DNA of 64,000 nucleotides from Halopseudomonas sabulinigri (GCA_011053055.1 DRHT01000014.1:40930-104929), one strand, 5' to 3'. Shown: positions 11,504 to 23,820, counted from the stretch's first letter. Notes: generated by a model not told the origin, from the letters alone. Translations and numbers: made by a program.

Positions 11504-12688
11504 ATGCGTGACGTCGTTATTGTCGACAGTGTACGGACCGGTCTGGCCAAGTCATTCCGTGGCAAGTTCAACATTACCCGCCCTGATGATATGGCCGCGC
11601 ATTGCGTTAACGCACTGCTGGAGCGTACTGGTGTGGATCCTAAGCTGATCGATGATTGCATCGTCGGTGCCGGTTCCAATGAAGGTGCTCAGGGTCACAA
11701 CATCGGTCGTAACGTGGCTGTGTTGTCCAAGATGGGTATTGATGTTGCGGGCATGACCCTCAACCGTTATTGCTCTTCAGGCCTGCAAGCTATTGCTATC
11801 GCCGCCAACCAGATCGCTTCCGGTTGCTCCGATGCCATCGTTGCTGGTGGTGTTGAATCCATCACCATGACGGCCAAGAGCCGCAATACGGATAACTTCG
11901 TTAACCCGATTCTGGAAAAAGACTTTCCTGGCATCTATTACCCTATGGGTCAGACCGCCGAAATCGTCGCGCGTCGTTACAACGTTACCCGCGAGCAGCA
12001 GGACGAGTACTCCCTGCAGAGCCAGCAGCGCACCGCGCGTGCCCAGGCTGATGGCTTGTTCGACGACGAAATCGTACCGATGAACGTCAAGTATCAGGTT
12101 CAGGATAAGGCGACTGGTGATATCAGCATCGTCGATGGCGTTGTTGATCGTGACGAGTGCAACCGTCCTGAAACCACCCTGGAAGGTCTGAATAGTCTGA
12201 AGCCGGTCTTCTCTGAAGACGGTTCAGTGACTGCTGGTAACGCCTCTCAGTTATCTGACGGCGCGTCCATGACGCTGCTGATGAGCCTGGAAAAAGCGTT
12301 GGAGCTGGGTCTGAAGCCTTTGGCCTACTTCCGCGGCTTTACGGTTGCTGGTTGCGAGCCAGACGAAATGGGCATCGGCCCTGTCTACTCGGTGCCTAAG
12401 CTGCTTAAGGCTCGTGGTCTGACGGTTGACGATATCGACCTGTGGGAACTGAACGAAGCTTTCGCTTCCCAGTGCTTGTACGCGCGTGACTTCCTCAAGA
12501 TCGACAACGAGAAGTACAACGTTAACGGCGGCTCTATCTCCATCGGCCATCCGTTCGGCATGACCGGTTCACGTCAGGTCGGTCATTTGGTACGTGAGCT
12601 GCAACGTCGTGGTAAGCGTTATGGCGTAGTTACCATGTGTGTTGGCGGCGGCATGGGTGCAACTGGCCTGTTCGAAGCTTACAAGTAA
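11504..12688 (+). CDS. Acetyl-CoA C-acyltransferase (thiolase)
   Basis: 394 aa with the active-site Cys context NRYCSSGLQAI and the C-terminal motifs NGGSISIGHPFG and CVGGGMG. Confidence 0.9.
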   Translation: MRDVVIVDSVRTGLAKSFRGKFNITRPDDMAAHCVNALLERTGVDPKLIDDCIVGAGSNEGAQGHNIGRNVAVLSKMGIDVAGMTLNRYCSSGLQAIAIAANQIASGCSDAIVAGGVESITMTAKSRNTDNFVNPILEKDFPGIYYPMGQTAEIVARRYNVTREQQDEYSLQSQQRTARAQADGLFDDEIVPMNVKYQVQDKATGDISIVDGVVDRDECNRPETTLEGLNSLKPVFSEDGSVTAGNASQLSDGASMTLLMSLEKALELGLKPLAYFRGFTVAGCEPDEMGIGPVYSVPKLLKARGLTVDDIDLWELNEAFASQCLYARDFLKIDNEKYNVNGGSISIGHPFGMTGSRQVGHLVRELQRRGKRYGVVTMCVGGGMGATGLFEAYK

Positions 12689-12727
12689 TACCGCAGTCGT
12701 AGCCGATCTTCGGGTCGGCGCTGCTCG

Positions 12728-12755
12728 AAAGGCGTGCCTGGTGCACGCCTTTTTT
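12728..12755 (+). terminator. Rho-independent terminator after the thiolase gene
   Basis: Hairpin GGCGTGC-CTGGT-GCACGCC followed by TTTTTT. Confidence 0.75.
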
Positions 12756-12882
12756 GTGTCTCGAATTTTTGCTGCGTTGGTCGATGTCAGCCGGTTTGCC
12801 TTGTGGCACAATGCCGGAACTATGACAGGACAGGATTGCAGCGGCTCAATGCGCGCTTTTCAGCACATCAGCAGATTTTGCC

Positions 12883-13875
12883 ATGACGACTGAAGCCCGT
12901 CGGGTGGGCTTTCTGCTGCTGCCAGGCACCCACCCCGGTGCCATGATGCCGGCTTTATCGGTACTGCTTTCGGCTAATCGCATGGCCGAGCAGCAGCGTT
13001 ACGTGCCCGAAACCTACACCTTGGATGCTAACTCGCTAACAGCCAGTGATGGCCTCAGCTTGGCTGCGGCGCCTTGGCAGCAGTGCGCTAGCGGGTTGGC
13101 GCAACTGTGGTTGGTGGCCGATCAGCTGCCTGCGTCCGATGACATGCCCAAGGCGTTGCTGGCATTTCTGCAACAGGCGCTTGCTGCTGGCGTCTTTTTG
13201 GGTGGCCTGGAGGCGGGCGTAGCCGGTTTGGCGGTCGCAGGCCTGCTGGATCAGCGCCGCTGCGCTGTCCATTGGCGCATGCTGGACGAGTTTCGCGAGC
13301 GCTTCCCTGACGTAGAAGCGACCACGCATCTATTTGAGCTGGGCGATGGCTTTGGTTCCAGTAGCGGTGGGCAGGCGACTACCGACCTGTTTCTTACGCT
13401 ATTGGCGCAGGAGCAGGGGCAGGATCTGGCGGCACTGGTGGCGGAAGACCTGGTGGTCGAGCGTATTCGCGATGGCAGCGAGCGGCAGCGTATGCCATTA
13501 CGCAACCGCTTGGGCAGCAGTCATCCGAAGCTCACGCAGGCGGTTATCTTGATGGAATCCAACATTGAAGAGCCGCTGACCACGGACGAAATTGCGCGCC
13601 ATGTGTGTGTATCGCGGCGACAGCTAGAGCGCATTTTCAAGCAGTACCTCAACAGTGTGCCATCGCAGTATTACCTGGAACTAAGGCTCACACGTGCGCG
13701 GCAAATGCTGTTGCAAACCAGTAAGTCGATTATTCAGATTGGCTTGTCGTGCGGCTTTTCGTCAGGGCCGCACTTCTCCAGTGCCTATCGCAATTGTTTT
13801 GGTGTCACCCCGCGAGAAGATCGTAACCATCGGCGTGCTCAGCAGGCTGCGGAAAGTGTCGCGAAAGAATCCTGA
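12883..13875 (+). CDS. AraC/GlxA-family transcriptional regulator, ArgR-like by position
   Basis: 330 aa with a C-terminal AraC HTH (LTTDEIARHVCVSRRQLERIFK ... GFSSGPHFSSAYRNCFGVTPRE). It sits directly upstream of aruCFG, the position of the AraC-type ArgR in P. aeruginosa. Confidence 0.7.
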   Translation: MTTEARRVGFLLLPGTHPGAMMPALSVLLSANRMAEQQRYVPETYTLDANSLTASDGLSLAAAPWQQCASGLAQLWLVADQLPASDDMPKALLAFLQQALAAGVFLGGLEAGVAGLAVAGLLDQRRCAVHWRMLDEFRERFPDVEATTHLFELGDGFGSSSGGQATTDLFLTLLAQEQGQDLAALVAEDLVVERIRDGSERQRMPLRNRLGSSHPKLTQAVILMESNIEEPLTTDEIARHVCVSRRQLERIFKQYLNSVPSQYYLELRLTRARQMLLQTSKSIIQIGLSCGFSSGPHFSSAYRNCFGVTPREDRNHRRAQQAAESVAKES

Positions 13876-13913
13876 TGCTTGGCGTGTCGCGCCGAGTGAT
13901 ACATGAATATTAA

Positions 13914-15164
<1,251 letters not shown>

Positions 15165-15180
15165 GTCACGGAGACAAGCA

Positions 15181-16200
15181 ATGTTGATGCTGCGATTGGG
15201 TAAACGGAGCGATCTACCGCAGATCGAACGGTTGGCGGCGGCCAGTCCGGTCGGTGTGACCTCGTTGCCGGCCAATCGTGAGCGTTTGGCGGAGATTCTG
15301 GCTGCCTCGCAGGCGTCCATGGCAGAAGAAGTGACCTTGACCGGTGAAGAACGCTATTTCTTTGTGCTGGAGGATACCGATAACGGTGACCTGGTGGGCT
15401 GCAGTGGCATCATTGCGGCCTCCGGCTTTCGTGCCCCCTTCTATACCTTTCGCAACGAGATGTTCGTGCATGCCTCCCGTGAGTTGGGTCTGCATAACCG
15501 TATTCATGTTTTATCGCTATGCCATGATTTGACCGGGCATAGCCTGTTGGCGGGCTTTCATCTGGCGGATACCCAATCAGACCCTGCAGCAATGCAACTG
15601 ACTGCTCGGGGGCGGTTGCTGTTTATGGCGAGTCACCCGCAGCGCTTTGCCGAGTCAACCTCGGTCGAGGTGGTTGGCGTGAGCGACAGCGAAGGCAATG
15701 CGCCGTTCTGGGATGCGGTGGGTCGCCACTTCTTTTCCGTTAGTTACTCTGAGGCAGAGCGCATCGGCAGTGAGCGTGGGCGTAGCTTTCTGGCGGAGTT
15801 GATGCCGGGCTATCCCATCTATGTGCCCATGCTGTCGGATGAGGCGCAAGAGGTTATCGGGCAGGTCAATCCGTCGGTACAAGATGTATTCGATATTCTG
15901 ATGGACGAAGGCTTTGAGACGGACAACTACGTCGACATTTTTGACGGTGGTCCGGTAGTGCATGCCAAAACAGCGCTGCTCAACAGTGTGCGCAATAGTG
16001 TATTGACGCAGGTACAGATAGGCTCGCGCGAGCCGGGCGAGACTTTGTGGTTGGTCGCCAATACGCAGGTGGGTGATTTTCGTGCTGGTGCGCTGTTGCT
16101 TGCCTGGCAGCCGGGTGAGCCGCTGGTGCTGGATCAAGTGCTGGCCGATCAGCTGTGCGTCGCTGAAGGTGATCAAGTGCGCCTGGTGAGGGGAGACTGA
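15181..16200 (+). CDS. aruF: Arginine N-succinyltransferase, alpha subunit
   Basis: Track ORF 15100..16200 trimmed to ATG 15181. MLMLRLGKRSDLPQIERLAAASPVGVTSLP matches the AruF/AstA N-terminus. Confidence 0.9.
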   Translation: MLMLRLGKRSDLPQIERLAAASPVGVTSLPANRERLAEILAASQASMAEEVTLTGEERYFFVLEDTDNGDLVGCSGIIAASGFRAPFYTFRNEMFVHASRELGLHNRIHVLSLCHDLTGHSLLAGFHLADTQSDPAAMQLTARGRLLFMASHPQRFAESTSVEVVGVSDSEGNAPFWDAVGRHFFSVSYSEAERIGSERGRSFLAELMPGYPIYVPMLSDEAQEVIGQVNPSVQDVFDILMDEGFETDNYVDIFDGGPVVHAKTALLNSVRNSVLTQVQIGSREPGETLWLVANTQVGDFRAGALLLAWQPGEPLVLDQVLADQLCVAEGDQVRLVRGD

Positions 16201-16201
16201 G

Positions 16202-17212
16202 ATGCTGGTTCGTGCTGCCGGAATGCAGGACCTGGATACGCTGTTAGCACTAGCTGCCAGTGCAGGCTCGGGGCTTACCACTTTGCCAGCCAGCGAGGGT
16301 CGCCTGGTCGAGCGCCTGGAGTGCGTGGCGCAAAGTTTTGCTGGCGCCGCTCCCCAGGCCGATGCGGATTACCTGTTTGTGCTGGAAAATGAACAAGGCC
16401 GCGTCGTGGGCACCAGTGGCATGCTTGGTGCGGCGGGTATGCGCGAGCCCTGGTACAGCTACCGCATGGGGTTGACCGTGGCGGCTAGTCGCGAGCTGAA
16501 TGTCTATCGCCAGCAGCCGACGTTGTTTCTGGTCAACGATCTGACCGGCGCTACGGCTTTGTACTCCTATTTTCTTGATCCCGCTTTCCGCAACGGAGAT
16601 AACGCGCGCCTGTTGTCGAAGGCGCGTTTTATGTTTATGGCAGACTGCCCTCAGGATTTCTCATCACGGGTCATAGTTGAGATGCGCGGCCTTTCGGACA
16701 GTGCCGGACGCTCGCCGTTCTGGGACAGCCTGGGGCAGCACTTTTTTCGCATGGACTTTGCTCGTGCAGATTATCTGACGGGCATCGGGAACAAGGCGTT
16801 CATTGCTGAGATGATGCCCAAATTTCCGCTCTATGCCTGCTTTCTCAGTGACGCTGCGCGGGAGTCCATAGGGCAAGTGCACCCTGACTCGGAGGCCGGT
16901 CGTGCGGTACTGGAAGAAGAGGGTATGTGCTATCAGGGCTACGTGGATATTTTTGACGGCGGTGCCACGTTGGAAGCCCAGCGCAGCCAAGTGCGTGCCA
17001 TTCGCGACAGCCGCACCTTATTGTTGGCAATTGGTACGCCAGGAGAGGAGGCGACGACGCATCTGATCCATAATCGCCTGCGTGATAACTGCCGTATGAT
17101 TGCCGCGCCAGCGCGGGTTGCGGCTGGCACGTTGGTGGTTTCTGCGGCATCGGCAGAGCGGTTGAAGCTGCGTGCTGGCACGCCAGTCAGAGCGGTGGCG
17201 CTACAGGGCTGA
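16202..17212 (+). CDS. aruG: Arginine N-succinyltransferase, beta subunit
   Basis: 336 aa paralog of the preceding gene (MLVRAAGMQDLDTLLALAASAGSGLTTLPAS...). It starts 1 nt after the aruF stop. Confidence 0.9.
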   Translation: MLVRAAGMQDLDTLLALAASAGSGLTTLPASEGRLVERLECVAQSFAGAAPQADADYLFVLENEQGRVVGTSGMLGAAGMREPWYSYRMGLTVAASRELNVYRQQPTLFLVNDLTGATALYSYFLDPAFRNGDNARLLSKARFMFMADCPQDFSSRVIVEMRGLSDSAGRSPFWDSLGQHFFRMDFARADYLTGIGNKAFIAEMMPKFPLYACFLSDAARESIGQVHPDSEAGRAVLEEEGMCYQGYVDIFDGGATLEAQRSQVRAIRDSRTLLLAIGTPGEEATTHLIHNRLRDNCRMIAAPARVAAGTLVVSAASAERLKLRAGTPVRAVALQG

Positions 17213-17419
17213 GCCGGCATCTCGCGGAGGGCGCCAAGCGCCTATGCTGGCCATAGATAATATCAACTGCACAGATAATGCATCGCGCGGGCTGATGCCT
17301 ATATAATGCGGGTCTTTGCCTTGCTTTAGCAGCTCTCCGGGTAAACATCCCCTACGCGGCGCAGACCGCGAAATGCCCATCGAGTCGCAGCAGGCTGACC
17401 AGTTTGTGGTAAGGGACTT

Positions 17420-20041
17420 ATGAAAAGCGCAGAAATCCGTGAAGCCTTCCTCCATTTCTTTGAAGAAAAGGGGCACAGCCGTGTCGCCTCCAGTTCGCTG
17501 ATTCCGGCGAATGACCCAACGTTGTTGTTCACCAATGCCGGTATGAACCAGTTTAAAGACTGTTTTCTCGGGTTGGAGAAGCGCGCCTATACGCGTGCCA
17601 CCAGCAGCCAGAAATGCGTGCGTGCCGGCGGTAAGCACAACGATCTGGAAAACGTGGGTTATACCGCGCGCCATCATACTTTTTTTGAAATGCTGGGTAA
17701 TTTCAGTTTTGGCGATTACTTCAAGCGTGACGCGATCAATTACGCGTGGGAGTTTTTGACGTCCAAGGATTGGCTGAGCCTGCCGCAGGAAAAGCTCTGG
17801 GTGACCGTCTACGCCAGCGATGACGAAGCCTACGATATCTGGACCAAAGAGATCGGCGTGCCGGCGGAACGTATGATTCGCATCGGCGACAACAAGGGTG
17901 CGCCCTATGCCTCCGACAATTTCTGGGCAATGGGTGATACCGGTCCTTGCGGTCCTTGCAGTGAAATTTTCTTTGATCACGGTGAAGACATCTGGGGCGG
18001 CCCACCCGGCAGCCCGGAAGAAGACGGTGATCGTTACATCGAAATCTGGAACAACGTTTTCATGCAGTTCAACCGCACGGCCGATGGCGTGATGCATCCG
18101 CTGCCGGCGCCGAGTGTGGATACCGGTATGGGGTTGGAGCGGATCAGTGCCGTGTTGCAACACGTGCATTCCAACTACGAAATCGACCTGTTTCAAAGCC
18201 TGCTTGAAGCCTCTGCCAAGGCCATCGGTTGTGAGCAGAATAATGCCGCTTCGTTAAAGGTGGTTGCGGATCACATTCGTTCTTGCAGCTTCCTGATTGC
18301 TGATGGCGTGCTGCCGTCCAATGAAGGGCGTGGCTATGTGCTGCGTCGCATCATTCGCCGCGCCTGCCGACATGGCAACAAGTTGGGCGCGCAAGGTTTG
18401 TTTTTCCACAAGATCGTTGCGGCATTGGCAGCGGAGATGGGCGACGCTTTTGCGGAGCTCAAGATGCAGCAAGCCCATATCGAGCGAGTACTGAAAACCG
18501 AAGAAGAGCAGTTCGCTAAAACATTGGATCAGGGCCTGAAAATTCTGGAGCAGGACCTGGCTGAGCTTAAGGGCACAGAGATACCGGGTGAGGTGGTCTT
18601 CAAGCTGTATGACACCTTCGGATTCCCTGCTGACCTGACCGGCGACATCGCCCGCGAGCGTGAGCTGACCATCGATGAAGCAGGTTTTGAAGCCGCCATG
18701 AACGCGCAGCGTGACCGTGCGCGCTCAGCCAGTCAGTTTGGTTTGGATTACAACAGCCTTGTGAAAGTAGACGCGGTTACCCGCTTTCAGGGCTATGCCG
18801 GTACGCACGGCGAGGGCGCGGTTGTTGGTTTGTACCGTAACGGGGAGCTGGTTGACCAACTGCGCGAAGGCGATAGCGGCGTGGTGATCCTTGATCAAAC
18901 GCCGTTTTACGCTGAGTCGGGCGGGCAGGTGGGTGACTCCGGTTATCTTCAAGCAGATGGCTTTAGCTTTGAGGTTAGCGACACGACCAAGGCAGGTAAC
19001 GCACATTTGCATCACGGCAAGGTGCTGCAAGGTAGCTTGAGCAAGGGCGCCGCAGTTACCGCGCAAGTCGATGCCGGAGTGCGCCAGTCAATCGCGCTGA
19101 ACCACTCAGCAACGCATTTGCTGCACGCAGCACTGCGGCAGTCCTTGGGCGACCACGTTCAGCAGAAGGGCTCGTTGGTAGATAGCCAGCGCCTGCGTTT
19201 TGACTTCAGTCACTACGAGGCAATCAAGCCTGAGCAGTTGCGTGAACTAGAAAATCAAGTTAATGAGCAGATCAGACAGAACTCTGCGGTGGATATTGAA
19301 GTCACAAATATTGAGCAGGCCAAAAAAAAAGGCGCCATGGCTCTGTTTGGTGAAAAATACGGTGACGAAGTCCGCGTACTGACCATGGGTGGCGGTTTCT
19401 CGGTTGAGCTCTGTGGTGGTACTCACGTACAGCGCACTGGCGATATTGGCTTGTTCAAGATTATTGCCGAGAGCGGCATTGCCTCAGGCGTGCGACGTAT
19501 CGAAGCAGTGACGGGCCAAGGTGCTTTGGAATTTGTAGCGCAAACCGAAGAGCGTTTGCGCGAAGCGGCTCAGGTAGTGAAAGGCAGTCGCGATACGTTG
19601 ATCGATAAGTTGTCGGCTTTGGTTGAGCGTACTCGCCAGCTCGAGAAAGACGTCGATCAGCTTAAAGCCAAGGCCGCCAGTGCCGCCGGTAGCGATATGG
19701 CTGCCGAGGCGCAAAAGGTGGGTGAGCGTACTGTGCTGGTCAAGCGGGTTGATGGTGTGGATGGCAAAAGCTTGATGGCGTTGGTTGATCAGCTAAAGAA
19801 TAAGTTGGGCTCCGCCGCGATTCTATTGGGTGGTGAAGCTGACGGTAAGGTAGTCCTGGTAGCCGGCGTTACCAAGGATCTGGCCGGTAAGGTTAAAGCC
19901 GGCGACTGGATCCGCAATACCGCTCAAGCAGTGGGCGGTAAAGGTGGTGGGCGTCCGGATATGGCGCAAGGCGGCGGTACCGAGGTCGCAGCGTTGGATC
20001 AAGCGCTAGTAGATGCAGTCATCTGGGTTGGTCAGCAATAA
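17420..20041 (+). CDS. alaS: Alanine--tRNA ligase
   Basis: 873 aa with N-terminus [19 protein letters not shown], the class II motifs, and the editing-domain HxxxH (HSATHLLH) and CGGTH. Confidence 0.98.
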   Translation: MKSAEIREAFLHFFEEKGHSRVASSSLIPANDPTLLFTNAGMNQFKDCFLGLEKRAYTRATSSQKCVRAGGKHNDLENVGYTARHHTFFEMLGNFSFGDYFKRDAINYAWEFLTSKDWLSLPQEKLWVTVYASDDEAYDIWTKEIGVPAERMIRIGDNKGAPYASDNFWAMGDTGPCGPCSEIFFDHGEDIWGGPPGSPEEDGDRYIEIWNNVFMQFNRTADGVMHPLPAPSVDTGMGLERISAVLQHVHSNYEIDLFQSLLEASAKAIGCEQNNAASLKVVADHIRSCSFLIADGVLPSNEGRGYVLRRIIRRACRHGNKLGAQGLFFHKIVAALAAEMGDAFAELKMQQAHIERVLKTEEEQFAKTLDQGLKILEQDLAELKGTEIPGEVVFKLYDTFGFPADLTGDIARERELTIDEAGFEAAMNAQRDRARSASQFGLDYNSLVKVDAVTRFQGYAGTHGEGAVVGLYRNGELVDQLREGDSGVVILDQTPFYAESGGQVGDSGYLQADGFSFEVSDTTKAGNAHLHHGKVLQGSLSKGAAVTAQVDAGVRQSIALNHSATHLLHAALRQSLGDHVQQKGSLVDSQRLRFDFSHYEAIKPEQLRELENQVNEQIRQNSAVDIEVTNIEQAKKKGAMALFGEKYGDEVRVLTMGGGFSVELCGGTHVQRTGDIGLFKIIAESGIASGVRRIEAVTGQGALEFVAQTEERLREAAQVVKGSRDTLIDKLSALVERTRQLEKDVDQLKAKAASAAGSDMAAEAQKVGERTVLVKRVDGVDGKSLMALVDQLKNKLGSAAILLGGEADGKVVLVAGVTKDLAGKVKAGDWIRNTAQAVGGKGGGRPDMAQGGGTEVAALDQALVDAVIWVGQQ

Positions 20042-20136
20042 GCTCTGATTGATTGTTGAAAAATAAGGTGGCATCCGGTTTGGGTGCCTGGGAATGGTCG
20101 GCAAGCCGATCTCTGGGTAAGGATTGACGTAACAAA

Positions 20137-21372
20137 ATGGCGCTTATTGTCCAGAAGTTTGGTGGTACCTCGGTTGGCAGCGTTGACCGCATCATGCAGG
20201 TCGCCGAGAAAATCAAAGGCTTCAAATCCAAAGGGCATGATCTGGTTGTGGTGGTGTCTGCCATGAGTGGCGAAACCAACCGACTGATCGAATTGGCCAA
20301 ACAGATTCAAGCCGAGCCGGATGCACGTGAGATGGATGTCATTGTCTCTACGGGCGAGCAGGTGACCATTGGCTTGTTAGCTATGGCATTAAAAGCGACG
20401 GGTGTGCCAGCGGTGTCTTTTACTGGCTCCCAAGTGCGCATTGTCACCGACAGTGCCTACGGTAAAGCACGTATTCAGCAAATTGACGATGATCGCTTGC
20501 GCGCCGAACTGGCTGCCGGAAGGGTTGTCATAGTTGCAGGCTTTCAGGGTGTGGATGAGCACGGCGCTATCACCACATTGGGCCGCGGTGGCTCAGATAC
20601 CACGGGTGTGGCGTTGGCTGCCGCGCTGAAAGCTGATGAATGTCAGATATATACCGACGTGGATGGCGTCTACACCACTGATCCGCGAGTAGTCGAGCGC
20701 GCCCGGCGGCTGGACAAGATCACCTTCGAAGAGATGTTGGAGATGGCTAGTCTTGGTTCCAAGGTCTTGCAGATTCGCGCAGTCGAATTCGCTGGCAAGT
20801 ACAACGTGCCCCTGCGAGTTCTACACAGCTTTAAAGAAGGCCCAGGTACTCTTATTACCCTTGAGGAAAATGTGTCGATGGAACAACCCGTCATCTCTGG
20901 CATTGCATTCAACCGTGATGAAGCCAAGCTCACTATCCGCGGCGTGCCAGATACCCCCGGTGTAGCCTTCAAGATTATCGGCCCGGTCAGTGCCGCCAAT
21001 ATTGAAGTGGATATGATCGTGCAGAACGTATCGCAGGATAACACCACGGATTTTACGTTCACGGTGCACCGTAATGACTTCCGCAAAGCGGAGGCTATTC
21101 TTAAGGAAACGGCGATCAGCATCGGTGCGCGTGAAGTAGCCGCCGACGACAAGATCGCCAAAGTATCTATTGTCGGTGTGGGTATGCGCTCGCACGCTGG
21201 CGTGGCCAGCAATATGTTCGAGGCGCTGGCTAAAGACAGTATTAATATCCAGATGATCTCTACCTCCGAAATCAAGGTCTCGGTAGTAATCGACGAAAAG
21301 TACTTGGAATTGGCGGTGCGTTCGCTGCATACCGCTTTTGACCTGGATGCGGAAGTGGCGCAAGAGGTCTGA
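20137..21372 (+). CDS. lysC: Aspartate kinase
   Basis: 411 aa with MALIVQKFGGTSVG, and ACT domains in the C-terminal half. Confidence 0.95.
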   Translation: MALIVQKFGGTSVGSVDRIMQVAEKIKGFKSKGHDLVVVVSAMSGETNRLIELAKQIQAEPDAREMDVIVSTGEQVTIGLLAMALKATGVPAVSFTGSQVRIVTDSAYGKARIQQIDDDRLRAELAAGRVVIVAGFQGVDEHGAITTLGRGGSDTTGVALAAALKADECQIYTDVDGVYTTDPRVVERARRLDKITFEEMLEMASLGSKVLQIRAVEFAGKYNVPLRVLHSFKEGPGTLITLEENVSMEQPVISGIAFNRDEAKLTIRGVPDTPGVAFKIIGPVSAANIEVDMIVQNVSQDNTTDFTFTVHRNDFRKAEAILKETAISIGAREVAADDKIAKVSIVGVGMRSHAGVASNMFEALAKDSINIQMISTSEIKVSVVIDEKYLELAVRSLHTAFDLDAEVAQEV

Positions 21373-21522
21373 ACGATATCGAATTCTCGCAGGCCGGTAA
21401 CGGCTTGCTTGTAAGGGCACGGTCTCTGGCTGCCGTGTCCGCCTGTAACCCCTCAGGGGGCTGGAGGCATCAAGCTGGTTTTGCAGACTGTTGTGTCCTG
21501 ATCATGAGCAAGGAGAAAAGGA

Positions 21523-21708
21523 ATGCTGATACTCACTCGACGGGTTGGTGAAACCCTGATGGTAGGTGATGAAGTGACCGTGACCGTTCTGGGTGTCAAG
21601 GGCAACCAGGTACGAATCGGCGTGAACGCCCCGAAAGAAGTGGCCGTACACCGTGAAGAGATCTACCAGCGGATTCAGAAAGAAAAAGACGAAGAACCAA
21701 ATAACTAA
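21523..21708 (+). CDS. csrA: Carbon storage regulator CsrA/RsmA
   Basis: 61 aa, [48 protein letters not shown]. This is near-identical to the canonical CsrA core. Confidence 0.97.
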   Translation: MLILTRRVGETLMVGDEVTVTVLGVKGNQVRIGVNAPKEVAVHREEIYQRIQKEKDEEPNN

Positions 21709-21768
21709 TTTTATTGAGTTTTTCGTTGCAATTAGTGAAGCGCGCGGTTAATATTTTGCGCGTGTTAC

Positions 21769-21859
21769 GGAGAGGTGGCCGAGTGGCTGAAGGCGCTCCC
21801 CTGCTAAGGGAGTATATCTCAAAAGGGTATCGCGGGTTCGAATCCCGCCCTCTCCGCCA
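21769..21859 (+). tRNA. tRNA-Ser (anticodon GCU), long variable arm
   Basis: GGAGAGGTGGCCGAGTGG...anticodon loop CT-GCT-AA...GGTTCGAATCCCGCCCTCTCCGCCA. The cloverleaf was folded by hand with a fully paired acceptor stem. Confidence 0.9.
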
Positions 21860-21913
21860 CTTTGTGGCTTATAGGTTGTCAAGCGTTAGTTTTTGAATTT
21901 AAAGAAAAAAATG

Positions 21914-21941
21914 TTTGACAGTCAATTAAAACCGCCTATAA
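21914..21941 (+). promoter_or_regulatory. Near-consensus sigma70 promoter for tRNA-Arg(ACG)
   Basis: TTGACA (21914-21919), a 16-nt spacer, then TATAAT (21936-21941). The tRNA 5' end is 14 nt downstream. Confidence 0.65.
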
Positions 21942-21954
21942 TTCGCACCCATAA

Positions 21955-22031
21955 TGCACTCGTAGCTCAGCTGGATAGAGTACTCGGCTACGAACCGAGC
22001 GGTCGGAGGTTCGAATCCTCCCGAGTGCACC
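21955..22031 (+). tRNA. tRNA-Arg (anticodon ACG)
   Basis: GCACTCGTAGCTCAGCTGGATAGAGTACTCGGCTACGAACCGAGCGGTCGGAGGTTCGAATCCTCCCGAGTGCACCA. All stems pair. Confidence 0.92.
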
Positions 22032-22040
22032 AAACAGGAA

Positions 22041-22068
22041 AACCCACTGATCTCAGTGGGTTTTTTTT
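22041..22068 (+). terminator. Rho-independent terminator after tRNA-Arg
   Basis: ACCCACTGA-TC-TCAGTGGGT followed by T8. Confidence 0.85.
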
Positions 22069-22195
22069 TGCTGTCATAAAAGTACAGCTGAGCGCCACCA
22101 CAAAGCCTGCTAGGCTGAGGCGCAATCTCATTGGCGTGATCTGATTGATCCGCTTGTGCTGAATCCCGCGGCGCGGGCCTGCCAGGAATGCTGCT

Positions 22196-23635
22196 ATGCC
22201 TGACCTCAACAGAAAATCTCCAGAAAGCCTGCAAGATCGTTTGGATCAAGTGCAGGAGCTGTTGAGTCGTCAGCGTTTGGTTGAAGGCCTGGTACATAAG
22301 CAGGACGGTCAACATCAAGAGCTGGTCGAGCACCTGGTGCATCAACAGGAGCTGACCAAGCTGCAGCGCAAGCTGGACGAGCTGCATTCTGCCGACGTTG
22401 CTTACATCCTCGAATCCTTGCCGCTGGTTGAGCGTCTTGCCGTGTGGCAACTGGTCAAGGTGGAGCGCGACGGGGAAATTCTTCTTGAAGTCTCTGACGC
22501 GGTGCGTGAAACGCTGATAGCGGATATGGACAGCCACGAGATCCTCGCGGCGGCCAATACCCTTGATGCCGATGAGCTGGCTGACCTGGCACCAGACCTG
22601 CCACGCGATGTCGTGCGCGAGCTGATGGACACGCTGGACGCACAGCAGCGCGATCGCTTGAAGTCGGCCCTGTCTTACGACGAAGACCAGGTAGGCGCAT
22701 TGATGGACTTCGACATGATCACGATCCGTGATGATGTCAGCCTGGAGGTGGTCAGTCGTTACCTGCGTCGTTTCGATGAGTTGCCCGACCACACCGATAA
22801 GCTTTTCGTAGTCGATACCGAGGGTCTGCTCAAGGGTGTGCTGCCAATCAAGAAGCTGTTGGTGGGTTCGCCCGATGAAATGGTCATTGATGTGATGTCG
22901 GACGACCCCGTGGTTTTCGATCCCGCAGACGATGCTGGTGAGGCCGCTCAGGCCTTTGAGCGCTACGACTTGGTATCTGCCCCGGTGGTCGACGCACTAG
23001 GGCACCTCTGCGGTCGCCTGACTATTGACGAGATGGTCGACTACATTAGGGAAGAGAGTGAAGCTGAAGTGCTGAATGCTGCCGGTCTGCGTGAAGAGGA
23101 AGATATCTTCGCGTCGGTCTGGAAGTCAGTACGCAACCGCTGGGCCTGGTTGGCGCTCAACCTCTGCACCGCGTTAATTGCTTCACGGGTAATTGGGCTG
23201 TTTGAAAACTCGATCGAGCAATTGGTAGCCTTGGCAGCTCTGATGCCTATCGTCGCCGGCATCGGTGGTAACTCTGGCAATCAAACCATCACGATGATTG
23301 TGCGCGGGGTCGCCACGGGGCAAGTTCAGGTGGCGCACGGCAAGCGCTTGCTGCGCAAAGAGGCTAGTGTTGCCCTGATAAACGGGGTTTTCTGGGGGCT
23401 GGTATTGGCCGGCGTTGCATTTGCTTTATATGGCAGTCTGCCGTTGGCGATAGTGTTGATGTCAGCAATGACCCTGAATATGCTGCTCGCTGCCTGTATG
23501 GGAGTATTCATACCTTTGATTCGCCTACGCATGGGCGGCGATCCGGCGCTAGGTTCAAGTGTGCTGATAACCGCCATTACTGACAGTGGCGGCTTCTTTA
23601 TCTTCCTCGGTTTAGCGACAATTTTCCTACTTTAG
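22196..23635 (+). CDS. mgtE: Magnesium transporter MgtE
   Basis: 479 aa with an N-domain, tandem CBS region and a TM domain carrying GIGGNSGNQ. Confidence 0.95.
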   Translation: MPDLNRKSPESLQDRLDQVQELLSRQRLVEGLVHKQDGQHQELVEHLVHQQELTKLQRKLDELHSADVAYILESLPLVERLAVWQLVKVERDGEILLEVSDAVRETLIADMDSHEILAAANTLDADELADLAPDLPRDVVRELMDTLDAQQRDRLKSALSYDEDQVGALMDFDMITIRDDVSLEVVSRYLRRFDELPDHTDKLFVVDTEGLLKGVLPIKKLLVGSPDEMVIDVMSDDPVVFDPADDAGEAAQAFERYDLVSAPVVDALGHLCGRLTIDEMVDYIREESEAEVLNAAGLREEEDIFASVWKSVRNRWAWLALNLCTALIASRVIGLFENSIEQLVALAALMPIVAGIGGNSGNQTITMIVRGVATGQVQVAHGKRLLRKEASVALINGVFWGLVLAGVAFALYGSLPLAIVLMSAMTLNMLLAACMGVFIPLIRLRMGGDPALGSSVLITAITDSGGFFIFLGLATIFLL

Positions 23636-23820
23636 GCCGTGTGTGCGCTCTGTCTTGCGGTGTCGCTTTGATTGCCAAAAATGTCACATCAGGATACATT
23701 AAGCCGTTTTTCCGTGTGGGAGGGCTGCTTGGCGGCAGCCTAATAGTGCGAGTACCCACTGTGTTTTTCCAACTATAAGCAGCATGGACTCAACCCCTAT
23801 CCAGAGCTGCAGGAGATAAA

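Noticed and set aside
17201-18196. 331-aa minus-strand ORF
   Set aside because: It lies entirely antisense to the strongly supported alaS gene. It has a low-complexity Arg/Gly/His-rich composition and no recognisable family, so it is a shadow ORF typical of high-GC DNA.
20670-21420. Two ~200-aa minus-strand ORFs
   Set aside because: Both are antisense to aspartate kinase lysC and are shadow ORFs.
21926-22792. 288-aa minus-strand ORF
   Set aside because: It overlaps tRNA-Arg(ACG), its terminator and the 5' third of mgtE in antisense. It has repetitive Gln/Leu/His composition and is a shadow ORF.
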